Notes under the pieces: model-generated
The model's input: only the letters and a program-made list of their open reading frames with translations
Database searches by the model: none
Told to the model about the DNA's origin: nothing
Position numbers and translations under genes: made by a program
Source: Candidatus Hermodarchaeota archaeon
Lineage (GTDB): Archaea > Asgardarchaeota > Lokiarchaeia > Sigyniarchaeales > SOKP01
Assembly: GCA_048885525.1 (NCBI GenBank)
Contig: JBHLLP010000008.1
Location: 47,735 to 111,734, forward strand
Direction: 5' to 3'
DNA: 64,000 bases
In this document: in pieces, positions 1-9,978 of the stretch
Layout of the letters: each line of letters starts with the position of its first letter
How positions within the stretch are numbered: the stretch's first letter is position 1

Positions 1-562
1 TAAAATCCTCCCATGAAATTTTTGCTTGGTTTAGAACTATTAGGATAATGAATCCCATAATTGAACCTGGTATACAACTTAACGCAAATAACCACCAAAA
101 TGTAAAAAGACTTTCTATAGATAAAATATTTCCAGATATTAAATGTCCAATAGTACCTCCTAGAAATATAGTTCCCAGTGGTTCTGTAAAAGCAGCTAGT
201 TCCACATATTTAGGAAATTTTTTACGCAAGAAATAAGATACAATACCAACAACAATTGCTCCAGTTATACCCCCATGAAAAGCATGGATTGTTCCAATCT
301 GAAACGAAAATCGTAGTATAGCAATACCTAGTGCAGTTATACATGAAAAAATTAAACCAATTAAAACTCCAGTTAAAGCATTAATGAGGTGTGCAAATGG
401 ATTTATTTTTGTACCAAATATGTAGAAATATCCAAAAGGATTAAGATAACTCAAAACTAATCCGACTGCTATAAAAATACCCGAAGCTGCTATTTTTTTA
501 TTTATTGTAGTACGTATTATTGTTTTTTCTTTTTCAGTATTGTATGGTTTTGGTTCACTCAC
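1..562 (-). CDS. thiW: ECF transporter S component, ThiW family (3' end runs off window; absent from ORF track)
   Basis: Manual translation from GTG at 562: KKIAASGIFIAVGLVLSYL...KINPFAHLINALTGVLIG...ILRFSFQIGTIHAFHGGITGA...AAFTEPLGTIFLG; matches ThiW motifs, multi-TM. Confidence 0.8.
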   Translation of the reverse strand, partial: MSEPKPYNTEKEKTIIRTTINKKIAASGIFIAVGLVLSYLNPFGYFYIFGTKINPFAHLINALTGVLIGLIFSCITALGIAILRFSFQIGTIHAFHGGITGAIVVGIVSYFLRKKFPKYVELAAFTEPLGTIFLGGTIGHLISGNILSIESLFTFWWLFALSCIPGSIMGFIILIVLNQAKISWEDF

Positions 563-763
563 ATTTCTCACTAGAATTTATCAATCTTTCTTATATTATT
601 AATTTTTTTTATAATTATTTTTAATTTAAAAGAGTTAACAGTAATATTCTATAAACCTTGATGTAAGATCCAAGAAATTAAAGAGTTTTAATCTATTAAA
701 ATATTTAATTTAAATATCATCAGTAAGAAGTTTTTTACTCTTTCAAAAAATTGTAGAGATATA

Positions 764-1438
764 ATGAAGATTGGGAATAATATAATAAAACCGACAAAGA
801 TTATCTGCATCGGGACTAATTACATGGATCATATTAAAGAAACGGGGTTAAATGTTCCAAAAGAGCCAGTTCTTTTTCCAAAAACATTGAATTGTTTGAT
901 TTCAGATAAAGAACCGATTATCTATCCTAAATTTTTATATAACCAACGTAAATATAATAGAGTGGATTATGAAGTAGAACTGGCGTTTATTATAAAAGAT
1001 AAATGTAAGCATGTTCCAATAGATGATGTATACAACTATATTCTTGGATATACAATATTTAATGATATTACTGCGCGAAAAATGCAAACGAAAGATATAG
1101 TTTCTAAATTACCTTGGTTTCGTTCTAAATCATTTGATACTTTTGGGCCAATTGGTCCAAGAATAGTTGAAACTAATGAAATCAAAGATCCACATAATTT
1201 AAATATCGAATTAAAATTAAATGGAGAGGTTAAACAATCATCTAATACTAAACATTTATTATTTAAAATTCCTGAACTCTTGGAATATATTTCAATATTT
1301 TTTACTCTTGAACCTGGAGATATTATAGCTACAGGTACACCAAGTGGAATTGGTTCTATACAACCGGGTGATATAATTGAAGCGACAATTGAAAAAATAG
1401 GAACTCTTACAAATAGAGTTGTTTTAGAAGGTGGATAA
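764..1438 (+). CDS. Fumarylacetoacetate hydrolase family protein (paralog 1)
   Basis: KIICIGTNYMDH, DYEVEL, NDITAR, KSFDTFGPIGP, TLEPGDIIATGTPSG. Confidence 0.93.
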   Translation: MKIGNNIIKPTKIICIGTNYMDHIKETGLNVPKEPVLFPKTLNCLISDKEPIIYPKFLYNQRKYNRVDYEVELAFIIKDKCKHVPIDDVYNYILGYTIFNDITARKMQTKDIVSKLPWFRSKSFDTFGPIGPRIVETNEIKDPHNLNIELKLNGEVKQSSNTKHLLFKIPELLEYISIFFTLEPGDIIATGTPSGIGSIQPGDIIEATIEKIGTLTNRVVLEGG

Positions 1439-1440
1439 TA

Positions 1441-2118
1441 ATGAATATTAAAATTGGAGATAGATTTATACAACCAACCAAAATTATTTGTTTAGGACGA
1501 AATTATATTGAACACGCTAAGGAGATGAAAGCAGAAGTACCTAAAAATCCAGTATTTTTCGTGAAAACTGTTAACACATTGGTGACTGATGGGAATCCAA
1601 TTATTTATCCTAAAATATTGTATGGTAATCCAGAATATAATCAAGTGGACCATGAAGTTGAATTAGCATTTATCATTTCTCAGACATGCAAGAATGTTCA
1701 AATTGAGAATGCATATGAATATATCGAAGGTTATTCTATTTTTTTAGATATAACCGCTAGAAAAATGCAGATAAGTGATAGAAATGTTAACTTACCTTGG
1801 TATAGAAGTAAAAATTTCGATTCATTTGGACCTATTGGCCCGAGGATCGTTCCTTTTAGTGAAATTGAAAATCCTCATAATTTAAATATTGAATTAAAAG
1901 TTAACGGAGAAGTTCGTCAGCAATCAAATACTAAATATATGATTTTCAAAATTCCCGAAATTCTCTCGTATCTCTCCAAATTTCTTACATTATTCACGGG
2001 AGATATTGTTGCAACTGGTACACCAAGCGGAGTAGGTCCAATTCATCCAGAAGAACTGATTGAAGCATCAATAGAGCAAATTGGTTTAATAACACATAAA
2101 GTAATATTGGAAGAATAG
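1441..2118 (+). CDS. Fumarylacetoacetate hydrolase family protein (paralog 2)
   Basis: KIICLGRNYIEH, DHEVEL, DITAR, GDIVATGTPSGVG; tandem paralog of the previous gene. Confidence 0.93.
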   Translation: MNIKIGDRFIQPTKIICLGRNYIEHAKEMKAEVPKNPVFFVKTVNTLVTDGNPIIYPKILYGNPEYNQVDHEVELAFIISQTCKNVQIENAYEYIEGYSIFLDITARKMQISDRNVNLPWYRSKNFDSFGPIGPRIVPFSEIENPHNLNIELKVNGEVRQQSNTKYMIFKIPEILSYLSKFLTLFTGDIVATGTPSGVGPIHPEELIEASIEQIGLITHKVILEE

Positions 2119-2331
2119 TATTAAATAATTGAATTTCTTATTTTTTTTTCTTTTCGTCATATATAACAACCTAGGATTTTTTAATAGAATGATGGGTGTA
2201 AAATACGGAATACCTAAAATAGCTGTCGAGATAAGTGCAGCAGATTTAATAAGACGAAATTATGAAATTTCATCAGAAATGATCAAATTTAACAGTTAAG
2301 ATTTAATAAGGAAAACTATTATTTTATCATA

Positions 2332-2517
2332 ATGAGCTTAGAAATTAGTGATGAAACCAAGAAACAAATTTTCGAATTAATATCAACTCCAGGAATTGAG
2401 ATTGATGATATTATCAAAAAAGTAAACTTAGATTGCGATACTATATTGAATATTTTATCTGAGGAGTATTTAAAACATGATTTAAATCATGGCCGTAGGC
2501 TATGTTGTAGGTTTTAA
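2332..2517 (+). CDS. Small hypothetical protein, possible winged helix, C-terminal CC
   Basis: 61 aa ORF; HTH-like helical pattern, ends RRLCCRF. Confidence 0.5.
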   Translation: MSLEISDETKKQIFELISTPGIEIDDIIKKVNLDCDTILNILSEEYLKHDLNHGRRLCCRF

Positions 2518-2721
2518 ATTACTTTTAAATTAATAAAACTTTTTAATTTTCTTTAATTTATTAAAACACTAAGTTCAAAAAATATTATCCTAAAAAACTT
2601 AGGACGCTAATTAATGCGGTTTCAATATAGATTATATATTGAAATAGAAATTAAATTTATTGCGTTCTTTGATTTTAGATATTTTTTAACTATAATAGAA
2701 TAAGAAAAACAGTGAGATTGA

Positions 2722-3216
2722 GTGAGTGAAAAAGGAAAAGTTGTTGTAAAAGCGTTGGTAACTGGGGGAAGTGCTAGTGGTGGCCCTCCAATTGGTCCTG
2801 CTGTTGGTCCCACAGGCATAAACATTAAAGACGTAGTAGATGAAATCAACAAGCAGACAATGGTATTTAGGGGACTTACAGTACCTGTTAGAATTGAATG
2901 TAATCCAGAAACTAAGCAATTTGAGATTTTTATTGAAACCCCTTCTACAGCATCATTATTACTAAAGGAAGCTGGTGCTGAAAAAGGGAGTTCTGCTTGT
3001 TCAGAAACAAAAATAGGAAATTTGACACTTGATCAAGTTCAAAACGTAGTAGATGCAAAAAGAGATAAGTTCTTAGATAAGACGTATAAGGCGGCTTTAA
3101 AAACCGTTTTAGGAACTGCTTTATCAACGGGATTAACAGTTGAAGGAGAAGATCCGAGAATAATTCAAAAAAGAATTAGTAATGGAGAATATGATGATAG
3201 AATAAGGGGTGAATAG
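2722..3216 (+). CDS. rpl11: 50S ribosomal protein uL11
   Basis: GGSASGGPPIGPAVGPTG, PSTASLL; first gene of L11-L1-L10-L12 cluster. Confidence 0.97.
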   Translation: MSEKGKVVVKALVTGGSASGGPPIGPAVGPTGINIKDVVDEINKQTMVFRGLTVPVRIECNPETKQFEIFIETPSTASLLLKEAGAEKGSSACSETKIGNLTLDQVQNVVDAKRDKFLDKTYKAALKTVLGTALSTGLTVEGEDPRIIQKRISNGEYDDRIRGE

Positions 3217-3222
3217 TAAAAC

Positions 3223-3951
3223 TTGAAAGTGGATGACAAATTATTAAAAAAGTCTTTAAATGCTGCTATAGATTTTTCTGTAATTAGAAAAAAAGGATTT
3301 AAAGATAAAGTAAGAAAATTTGATGAGTCAATTGATCTTATTATCAACATTAAAGATATTAATCTAAATGATCCTAAAAACAGGATAGATAAGGAAATCA
3401 TTTTATCAAATGAAGTAATTACAACTGATAAACCTAATATTTGTGTAATTGCTTCAGATGAAATTCTACTCGAAGCGCAAAAATTGGGCTTAGAAACTCT
3501 TGATTTAGACGGTTTAATTAATTTAAATAACGAGGAGAAAAAATTTAAGAAAAAATTTGCGAAAAAGTATGACTATTTTGTTGTAGAAGATAAAATGATG
3601 AGGGATGTTGCTCGTTATTTAGCAAGATTTCTTGGACCTGTTGGTAAAATGCCAAAACCTTTCCCTACGGGATATGGAATCATTACTAGTCCTGATGATT
3701 TAAAGGTGGCTTATGACAGATATAAAAGGGTAATTCGAATTCAAATGAAAAAGCACCCAATTATATTCACTAAAATTGGTAAAAAATCTATGGATCAACA
3801 AAAATTATATGAAAACTTGAAAACAGTTATAAATTTTATCGCTGATCAAATGCCACATAAGTTTAACAATTTTAAATCAATGTATCTTAAATCAACAATG
3901 GGAAAACCCATAAAAATAACAGAAGATTTTCTTAAAAGTATTGAGGCGTGA
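3223..3951 (+). CDS. rpl1: 50S ribosomal protein uL1
   Basis: RKFDESIDLIIN, LGPVGKMPKP, YLKSTMGKP; TTG start. Confidence 0.97.
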   Translation: MKVDDKLLKKSLNAAIDFSVIRKKGFKDKVRKFDESIDLIINIKDINLNDPKNRIDKEIILSNEVITTDKPNICVIASDEILLEAQKLGLETLDLDGLINLNNEEKKFKKKFAKKYDYFVVEDKMMRDVARYLARFLGPVGKMPKPFPTGYGIITSPDDLKVAYDRYKRVIRIQMKKHPIIFTKIGKKSMDQQKLYENLKTVINFIADQMPHKFNNFKSMYLKSTMGKPIKITEDFLKSIEA

Positions 3952-3955
3952 AAAA

Positions 3956-4849
3956 ATGATAAAAAACAAACACATTCCAAAATGGAAATCAGATGAGATT
4001 GATCATTTAATGGATTTATTTAAAAATTATAAGAATGTTGCGGTAATAGAAGTTGCTCATATTAATGATACGCAATTTCAAACTATGAGGAAGATTTTAA
4101 GAGGAAAAGCGGTATTTAGAATGTCTAAAAAGTCACTTCAATTACGAGCAATACAACATTTTAAAAAGGAATCTAAGAAGGAAAATCTAGATGAATTTGC
4201 AGAGCATATACCTGGTCAATCAAGTTTAGTTTTTACAAATATAGACTTATTTGAATTAAAAAAGATATTTCTTGAAAATGAGTGGATGGTTCCCGCGAAA
4301 CCAAATGAAATTACTCCCGTAGACATATGGGTACCTGCGGGCGATACAGGGTTACCTACAGGACAAGTTATTAGTGAATTAAATATGACTTTAAGATTAC
4401 CAACGAGAATTATGAATGATACCATACATATTCGTGAAGATACAAGAACGCATAAAGCAGGTGAGTTAGTCACTGTTAAACAAGCAGCAGTTTTGAAAAA
4501 ATTAGGAATTACACCCATAGAATCATTGATTAAAATTCATTTTGCTTGGCGCGATGGTGAAATAATCCCAGTTGAAGTCTTATATATGGATATGCAAAAA
4601 TTTAAACAAGATTTTGCTAGAGCTTATCAAGAAGCACTTGGAGTTTTATTCAAGATGCCCTTTTTCTTAGAAGACATGACTGAAGAATATTTTCGAAAAG
4701 CAACATCTGAAGCCAATTTAATAAATTCGATTATCTTTGGAGAGGATATTCAAGTTTCTGACAAAGTTGAGTCCAAAATTGAAGAGAAAGAAACCGAAGA
4801 GGAAGAAGAAGAGGGAGAATCAGTTGGCATTGGAGGATTATTTGGATGA
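3956..4849 (+). CDS. rpl10: 50S ribosomal protein uL10 (P0)
   Basis: IPKWK, DIWVPAGDTGLPTG, LKKLGITP, acidic tail ending GIGGLFG; ATG at 3956 preferred. Confidence 0.96.
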   Translation: MIKNKHIPKWKSDEIDHLMDLFKNYKNVAVIEVAHINDTQFQTMRKILRGKAVFRMSKKSLQLRAIQHFKKESKKENLDEFAEHIPGQSSLVFTNIDLFELKKIFLENEWMVPAKPNEITPVDIWVPAGDTGLPTGQVISELNMTLRLPTRIMNDTIHIREDTRTHKAGELVTVKQAAVLKKLGITPIESLIKIHFAWRDGEIIPVEVLYMDMQKFKQDFARAYQEALGVLFKMPFFLEDMTEEYFRKATSEANLINSIIFGEDIQVSDKVESKIEEKETEEEEEEGESVGIGGLFG

Positions 4850-4920
4850 TTTAAAATTTTTATAAATTCTAATTAAAAATAGAAAGATAATGTTAAATAA
4901 ATAAAAAGAGGTTAGAAAAT

Positions 4921-5211
4921 ATGGAAAGTATTTACGCTGCCTTATTATTACATAAAGCAGAAAAAAAAATAAACGAAGCAAATTTAGAAAAAGTTTTGAG
5001 CGCAGCAGGGGCGAAGGTTGATAAAAATGAAATAGCCAAGCTTATTGCTGGATTGAAGGAAACAAATATTGAAGAAATAATAAAGTCAGCTGGTGCAGTA
5101 TCAATAGCAGCAGCTCCAACTAGAGATGTTATTAAGGAGACTGAAGATAAAGCGAAGAAAAAAGAAGAGAAAGAAGAAGAAGAACCTACGGGTATTGGTT
5201 CACTCTTTTAA
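4921..5211 (+). CDS. rpl12: 50S ribosomal stalk protein P1 (L12p)
   Basis: MESIYAALLLH...EEEEPTGIGSLF. Confidence 0.96.
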   Translation: MESIYAALLLHKAEKKINEANLEKVLSAAGAKVDKNEIAKLIAGLKETNIEEIIKSAGAVSIAAAPTRDVIKETEDKAKKKEEKEEEEPTGIGSLF

Positions 5212-5487
5212 CCCAGCAACTGAATTAGAACGACGGATTAATTTCAAAAAACTGTTTGTAAATTTGAACCAGATATAATGAATCATTAATTTAAAGATAA
5301 AATTTCAATGTTTATTATTTAATATTTTACTATTGTGCTAAGATGTTGTTAAAAACGTTAAATTTGAATCATAAACTTTTTTTAAAATTCATTTTTTTTT
5401 ATATTACATTTTAAATTAAAGATTTTAATTTAAATAATTTAAAAATTTTTCTCAAAATACGAAAAAAACTCACGCGGTTGATTAGAT

Positions 5488-6966
5488 ATGGCTGGAAAGT
5501 TCCTAAGATTCTTCTCACCATTCGTAAAGGCGATGCCAGAAATCAAACAACCGCAGCGTGAAGTTACATTTAAAGAAAAATTTATTTGGACTGCTCTTGT
5601 TCTCATCATTTACTTGATATTAAGTAATATTCCTTTATATGGAGTAGAACTAGAAGAATCAACTGATTATTTTTATTGGTTACGAGTCATTTTAGCAAGT
5701 CAAAGGGGAACGCTGACAGAATTGGGCATCGGTCCAATAGTCACGTCTGGTCTTATTATGCAATTACTTTTAGGCTCTCGGATAATTAATGTGAATATGT
5801 CTGATCCATATGATAGAGCTATGTTTAGTGGAGCGCAAAAAGTACTTGCAGTGTTTTTAACAATCTTTAACGCTGCAGCATATATCCTGGGAGGTGCATT
5901 TGGGGCATTATCTGAAATTGGTGCTTTTGGAGCAGTTTTTATTTTTATTCAATTACTATTCGCCGGAATAATTATAATATTATTAGATGAATTACTACAA
6001 AAAGGATGGGGTCTTGGGAGTGGAGTCTCCTTATTTATAGCAGCGGGTGTTGCGGGCCAAATTTTTTGGAATGCTTTCAGTTTCGTCCCTGCTCCTGATG
6101 GTGTTTCGAGAGGTATTGTCATAGCTTTCTTTTCTGTGATATTTGATGGAGACGCTAGCACAAATCTAGATATGCTTTTATTACGTGGCGCCTATCCCTC
6201 ATTAATAGGAATAATTACTACAATTGTTATATTTTTGATGGTGATTTGGTTTGAATCTACCCGAGTTGAGATCCCGCTTGCATATCGTGGTTATCGAGGA
6301 TTTAAAGGAAAATATCCTATGAAATTACTCTATGTCTCCAATATTCCGGTAATTTTGGTTAATGCATTATATGCTAATGTTTTATTCTTTGGACAACTTT
6401 TCGCTGGACCTTATTCAGGAGTACGAGCGAGTAATGGAGGACTTATTCAGGATTTTTGGGTCGATTTAATAGGAAGATTTCGTATTGAAGAAGGGACTGG
6501 TCCTGTTGCAGGAAACCAACTCGTACCAACATATGGCTTAATTTATTTACTTACTCCACCGTTGGGAATTGATCAAGTAGCCTCAGATCCGTTCCGAGCA
6601 GTTTTTTATCTGTTAGTATTTGTCTTTCTTTGTATAATGCTCGGTCGTGTTTGGGTTGAAGTTTCAGGTCTCGCTCCACGGGACATTGCGAATCAGATAA
6701 TAGATTCAAAAATGCAAGTTCCTGGATTCAGAAGTTCATCAAAAATTATTGAGAGAATTTTGAAACGATATATACCAACGTTAGTGATATTGAACGGAAT
6801 CATTATAGCACTGCTGAGTTTCACAGCAGATACTCTAAGAGCATTAACTTCAGGTACAGGGCTTCTAATATCAATAGGAATAATTCATAATTATGCCGAG
6901 ACAATATCGAAAGAGCTCGCGGCGAGTCAATATCCTGGCATGAGAGCAATGCTTGGAATGGATTAG
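5488..6966 (+). CDS. secY: Preprotein translocase SecY/Sec61alpha
   Basis: GTLTELGIGPIVTSGLIMQLL, GWGLGSGVSLFI, YPMKLLYVSNIPVIL, QVPGFR. Confidence 0.98.
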   Translation: MAGKFLRFFSPFVKAMPEIKQPQREVTFKEKFIWTALVLIIYLILSNIPLYGVELEESTDYFYWLRVILASQRGTLTELGIGPIVTSGLIMQLLLGSRIINVNMSDPYDRAMFSGAQKVLAVFLTIFNAAAYILGGAFGALSEIGAFGAVFIFIQLLFAGIIIILLDELLQKGWGLGSGVSLFIAAGVAGQIFWNAFSFVPAPDGVSRGIVIAFFSVIFDGDASTNLDMLLLRGAYPSLIGIITTIVIFLMVIWFESTRVEIPLAYRGYRGFKGKYPMKLLYVSNIPVILVNALYANVLFFGQLFAGPYSGVRASNGGLIQDFWVDLIGRFRIEEGTGPVAGNQLVPTYGLIYLLTPPLGIDQVASDPFRAVFYLLVFVFLCIMLGRVWVEVSGLAPRDIANQIIDSKMQVPGFRSSSKIIERILKRYIPTLVILNGIIIALLSFTADTLRALTSGTGLLISIGIIHNYAETISKELAASQYPGMRAMLGMD

Positions 6967-7125
6967 TTAAGATAATTTCTTTTAGAAATGGTAATACTGC
7001 CAATTTTATGAATTTGTGTCAAAAATGTTAATTATTATTGGTATCTTTAAAACTTATAGAAATATTTTATAAAAAAAACCTTATCTGAAAACTTTATTAC
7101 AATTTCACTATAATTAAATATTGAT

Positions 7126-7728
7126 ATGTTCGCTATAATATATCAAAATGCATTTTTGGATTTAATTACTACTCCTCCCGGGTCAATGATATTCGTTTTA
7201 CTGTTATCTTTAACAACAGCATTGATAAGTACTCTATTGACAAAGTGGTTGGTAGACACTGAAGAAATAAACCGTAAACAGACGCAAACCAAAATTCATG
7301 AAGAAGAAAAACAGAAGATCATTGAATTGGCTGAAATTGACCCCGAACGTTATAGAAAAGCTCGAAAAAGATGGGAACGCAAAGATGCTATGATAAAAAA
7401 GTCTCAACAGAGGATGGCACTTCAAAGGATGAAACCAACATGTATAACCTTTATTCCGATGATTATTATTTTTGGTGTTGTAAATACATTGTTTAGAGGG
7501 GCTCCAGTTGCACTCAGTCCTATGCATGCTAATGATATTCCTTTGATAGGTAATTTTATCAGTGCTGGTAATGTTTGGATAAATTTTACAGCATGGTATT
7601 TTTTATGTTCCTTAGGAATTAATACACTCACACAAAGATTGCTGAAACTTCAGTCACAAGCTTCAGGGGGCATGGGAGGAATGTTCGCAGGCCAAAAGGC
7701 AAAAGCTTTAGAGTTTCCAGATGTTTAA
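7126..7728 (+). CDS. EMC3/TMCO1 (DUF106, Oxa1 superfamily) membrane insertase-like protein
   Basis: TM - coiled coil - MKPTCITFIPMIIIF ... WYFLCS architecture; located after secY as in archaeal clusters. Confidence 0.88.
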   Translation: MFAIIYQNAFLDLITTPPGSMIFVLLLSLTTALISTLLTKWLVDTEEINRKQTQTKIHEEEKQKIIELAEIDPERYRKARKRWERKDAMIKKSQQRMALQRMKPTCITFIPMIIIFGVVNTLFRGAPVALSPMHANDIPLIGNFISAGNVWINFTAWYFLCSLGINTLTQRLLKLQSQASGGMGGMFAGQKAKALEFPDV

Positions 7729-7732
7729 AAAG

Positions 7733-7832
7733 CGCAGCTGATGGGATTTGAACCCATGAGTGCATTGCACACTGGCTTTCTGGGATAAATTCCGCTCCAA
7801 GCCAGCGCCGTACCAGGCTAGGCTACAGCTGC
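7733..7832 (-). tRNA. tRNA-Ser(GGA) with 17-nt intron at 37/38 (7778-7794)
   Basis: GCAGCTG/CAGCTGC acceptor stem, CTGGC-TT-GGA-G..A-GCCAG anticodon arm, long variable arm, GGTTCAAATCC T-arm; BHB central helix TTGG/CCAG. Confidence 0.93.
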
Positions 7833-7885
7833 TAAAAAAATTTTTATTTATTTTTGAATTTATTATAACTCACTACTTTTTTAAA

Positions 7886-8158
7886 CTATTTTATTGGGAT
7901 AGAAACAATTTCTTTCATTTTCTTTTCTAATTTTGCTTTTTTAATCGCTGCTTCTATTTCCTCATGCGAAGCTCCTTTTTTAATTTCTACAATTTCCTTG
8001 ATTGGTTCGATGTGTTTATAGTTTACTCTTCTTCTTCGGACTTTTAATCCATCAATAAGAAGGTAATTTTTATCGATAATATCAACAACTACACAGTGAT
8101 ATCCCGCTTCTCTTCCCATAGTCTTTACGCATAATCTTCCAATATCATATACACTCAT
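7886..8158 (-). CDS. rpl14e: 50S ribosomal protein eL14
   Basis: IGRLCVKTMGREAG...VRRRRVNYKHIEP; ATG at 8158 downstream of GGTGA. Confidence 0.95.
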   Translation of the reverse strand: MSVYDIGRLCVKTMGREAGYHCVVVDIIDKNYLLIDGLKVRRRRVNYKHIEPIKEIVEIKKGASHEEIEAAIKKAKLEKKMKEIVSIPIK

Positions 8159-8298
8159 ATAATTTGTCACCAAATTACTTTTAGATACCAATTAATTACT
8201 GGCAATGATAATTATCCAGTAAACATAAATAATTTTTAGTAATTTTAAAAATAATTACAAAAATAAAATTTTTATGTTTTTCAAAACATAAAAGTGAA

Positions 8299-8832
8299 TT
8301 ATAACTTTTCTAAGGTATTAAGAATTTTTTCTGCGATTTCCTCAACTGTAAGGTTTTCTGTATTTATTATAAGGTCATATATAATATTTAAATTCTTTTG
8401 ATCACTCAAATCAAAACCATAAAGATTTTTAAATCGTTCTAATTCTGATTTTTCTCTCAATTTAGTCTCTTTTAACTTTTTTTCATAATTAGTATTATCT
8501 CTTTCAGCCATCCGTTTAACTCTGATTTCGAGAGGGCATAATAATAAGATTTTAAAATTGGCTTTAGATTTTAGAAGATATCCACTTAATTGGCCATCAA
8601 TAATTACATTTCCTCTTTGAGCAATTTCATTTATTTTATCATCTAGTTTTCTATCAATATTTGGATTTTTTTCTACATACTTAGTAAATTCTTCTAAAGT
8701 CATATTCATTTCTTTTGCTAGATCTCTAAAAGCTTGACCCGTACTATAGAATTGGATGCCTAAGTTTTCAGCAATTAATTTTCCTATTGTAGATTTTCCA
8801 GTTCCATGCAGTCCTGAAATGGTTATAATCAT
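8299..8832 (-). CDS. cmk: Cytidylate kinase (archaeal type)
   Basis: IITISGLHGTGKST P-loop, GQAFR, YDLIINT; between eL34 and eL14. Confidence 0.93.
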   Translation of the reverse strand: MIITISGLHGTGKSTIGKLIAENLGIQFYSTGQAFRDLAKEMNMTLEEFTKYVEKNPNIDRKLDDKINEIAQRGNVIIDGQLSGYLLKSKANFKILLLCPLEIRVKRMAERDNTNYEKKLKETKLREKSELERFKNLYGFDLSDQKNLNIIYDLIINTENLTVEEIAEKILNTLEKL

Positions 8833-8935
8833 TTTTTTGGATATTTTAAATTTTAATATTTATTCAACTAAAAAATATAATATTTATGATTTTTACTATT
8901 AAATCAAAATGATTATGAAAAAAATAAGAGTTTTG

Positions 8936-9205
8936 CTATTCTCTCCAAACAGCTTCTTTTATTAAAGTTTGAAGACAATTTGCGCAATATCTTCCACTTT
9001 CCAATCTATTCGCCCTTCTTGAAGTCATTTGCGTTTTAACCATTTTTGAAGGTCGTAATCTAGGAATAGATTGAATTGGTCTTTTACAAATCGCACAATT
9101 TGCTCTTTTGGGTTTTCTTCTCCAATAATGAGTGACATTTCGGTTTCCTGGTGTGTTTAATTTTTTCCTTGCTTGAGCTTTGGATCTTAATCCGGGACGT
9201 GTAAT
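8936..9205 (-). CDS. rpl34e: 50S ribosomal protein eL34, non-canonical (ATT) start; absent from ORF track
   Basis: Manual translation (I)TRPGLRSK...TPGNRNVTHYWRRKPKRANCAICKRPI...RRANRLESGRYCANCL...VWRE*; canonical position upstream of cmk. Confidence 0.93.
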   Translation of the reverse strand: MTRPGLRSKAQARKKLNTPGNRNVTHYWRRKPKRANCAICKRPIQSIPRLRPSKMVKTQMTSRRANRLESGRYCANCLQTLIKEAVWRE

Positions 9206-9293
9206 TGCGATTACCTTTTGTATTTTTCAAATTACTAATTAAATTATATGATGTTAAATAACAGAAAAAATATTAATTTTATCATTTCAATTA

Positions 9294-9914
9294 TTATTTA
9301 AGATTTAACCTATGTTGAAATTCTTTAAATATTTGGTATAAATCATCTATTAATTTTTCTTTTAATTTAGTATTAGATGTAAGTTCATCAATTTGATTTA
9401 TAATATTTTTTTGTATTAACCTAACCTTTTCTAACAAATTATCTAATCCGGGAAATTTACTTAAGTTGTGTATCAATTCATCAAATAAATTAAAAATCAA
9501 GTCTTTTTTTATTAAACCCTCTAAAGTTAATGCGTCCATAATAGTTATAAAAGAGGAGGTTATTTCAGAGGTAATACCCGGTAATTCTAAGAAAGTATGA
9601 TTTTTTTTGGTGATATTTTTATCAGATAAGTTTAATGTAGAAACTCTGTTTATGAGATCTAATGCTGAGTTATATTCTTGTGATAGATTCATTGTTTTTA
9701 AGAGATCGGGTAGAGGAATTTTTTTTTCTTTTAATATAAAATTTAACTTTAAAAGATTGTTCATCGCATTTTTTAAAGCCTTTCTGAAAAAATTATCATT
9801 TACTATCCCTTTTTGATACTTATTATTCAAATTTGTTATTGATTTAACTAAAGCAAATAGTTCAGATTCAATATTGAATTCTATATCTGAGGTGTTATTA
9901 TTATTCTCTACCAT
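9294..9914 (-). CDS. vps28: ESCRT-I subunit Vps28-like protein
   Basis: SELFALVKSITNLNNKYQKGIV, EITSSFITIMDALTLE and DLYQIFKEFQHRL align with Vps28 N- and C-domain motifs; ATG at 9914 preferred. Confidence 0.8.
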   Translation of the reverse strand: MVENNNNTSDIEFNIESELFALVKSITNLNNKYQKGIVNDNFFRKALKNAMNNLLKLNFILKEKKIPLPDLLKTMNLSQEYNSALDLINRVSTLNLSDKNITKKNHTFLELPGITSEITSSFITIMDALTLEGLIKKDLIFNLFDELIHNLSKFPGLDNLLEKVRLIQKNIINQIDELTSNTKLKEKLIDDLYQIFKEFQHRLNLK

Positions 9915-9978
9915 TTTAAATTTAAATATGTAAAAAAATACAATTTTTATATAACATTCGGAGTAAAAATTAATAAAT

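Noticed and set aside
2189-2299. 36-aa ORF MMGVKYGIPKIAVEISAADLIRRNYEISSEMIKFNS
   Set aside because: Looks coding-like and may be a gene relic, but it is too short and has no recognisable family
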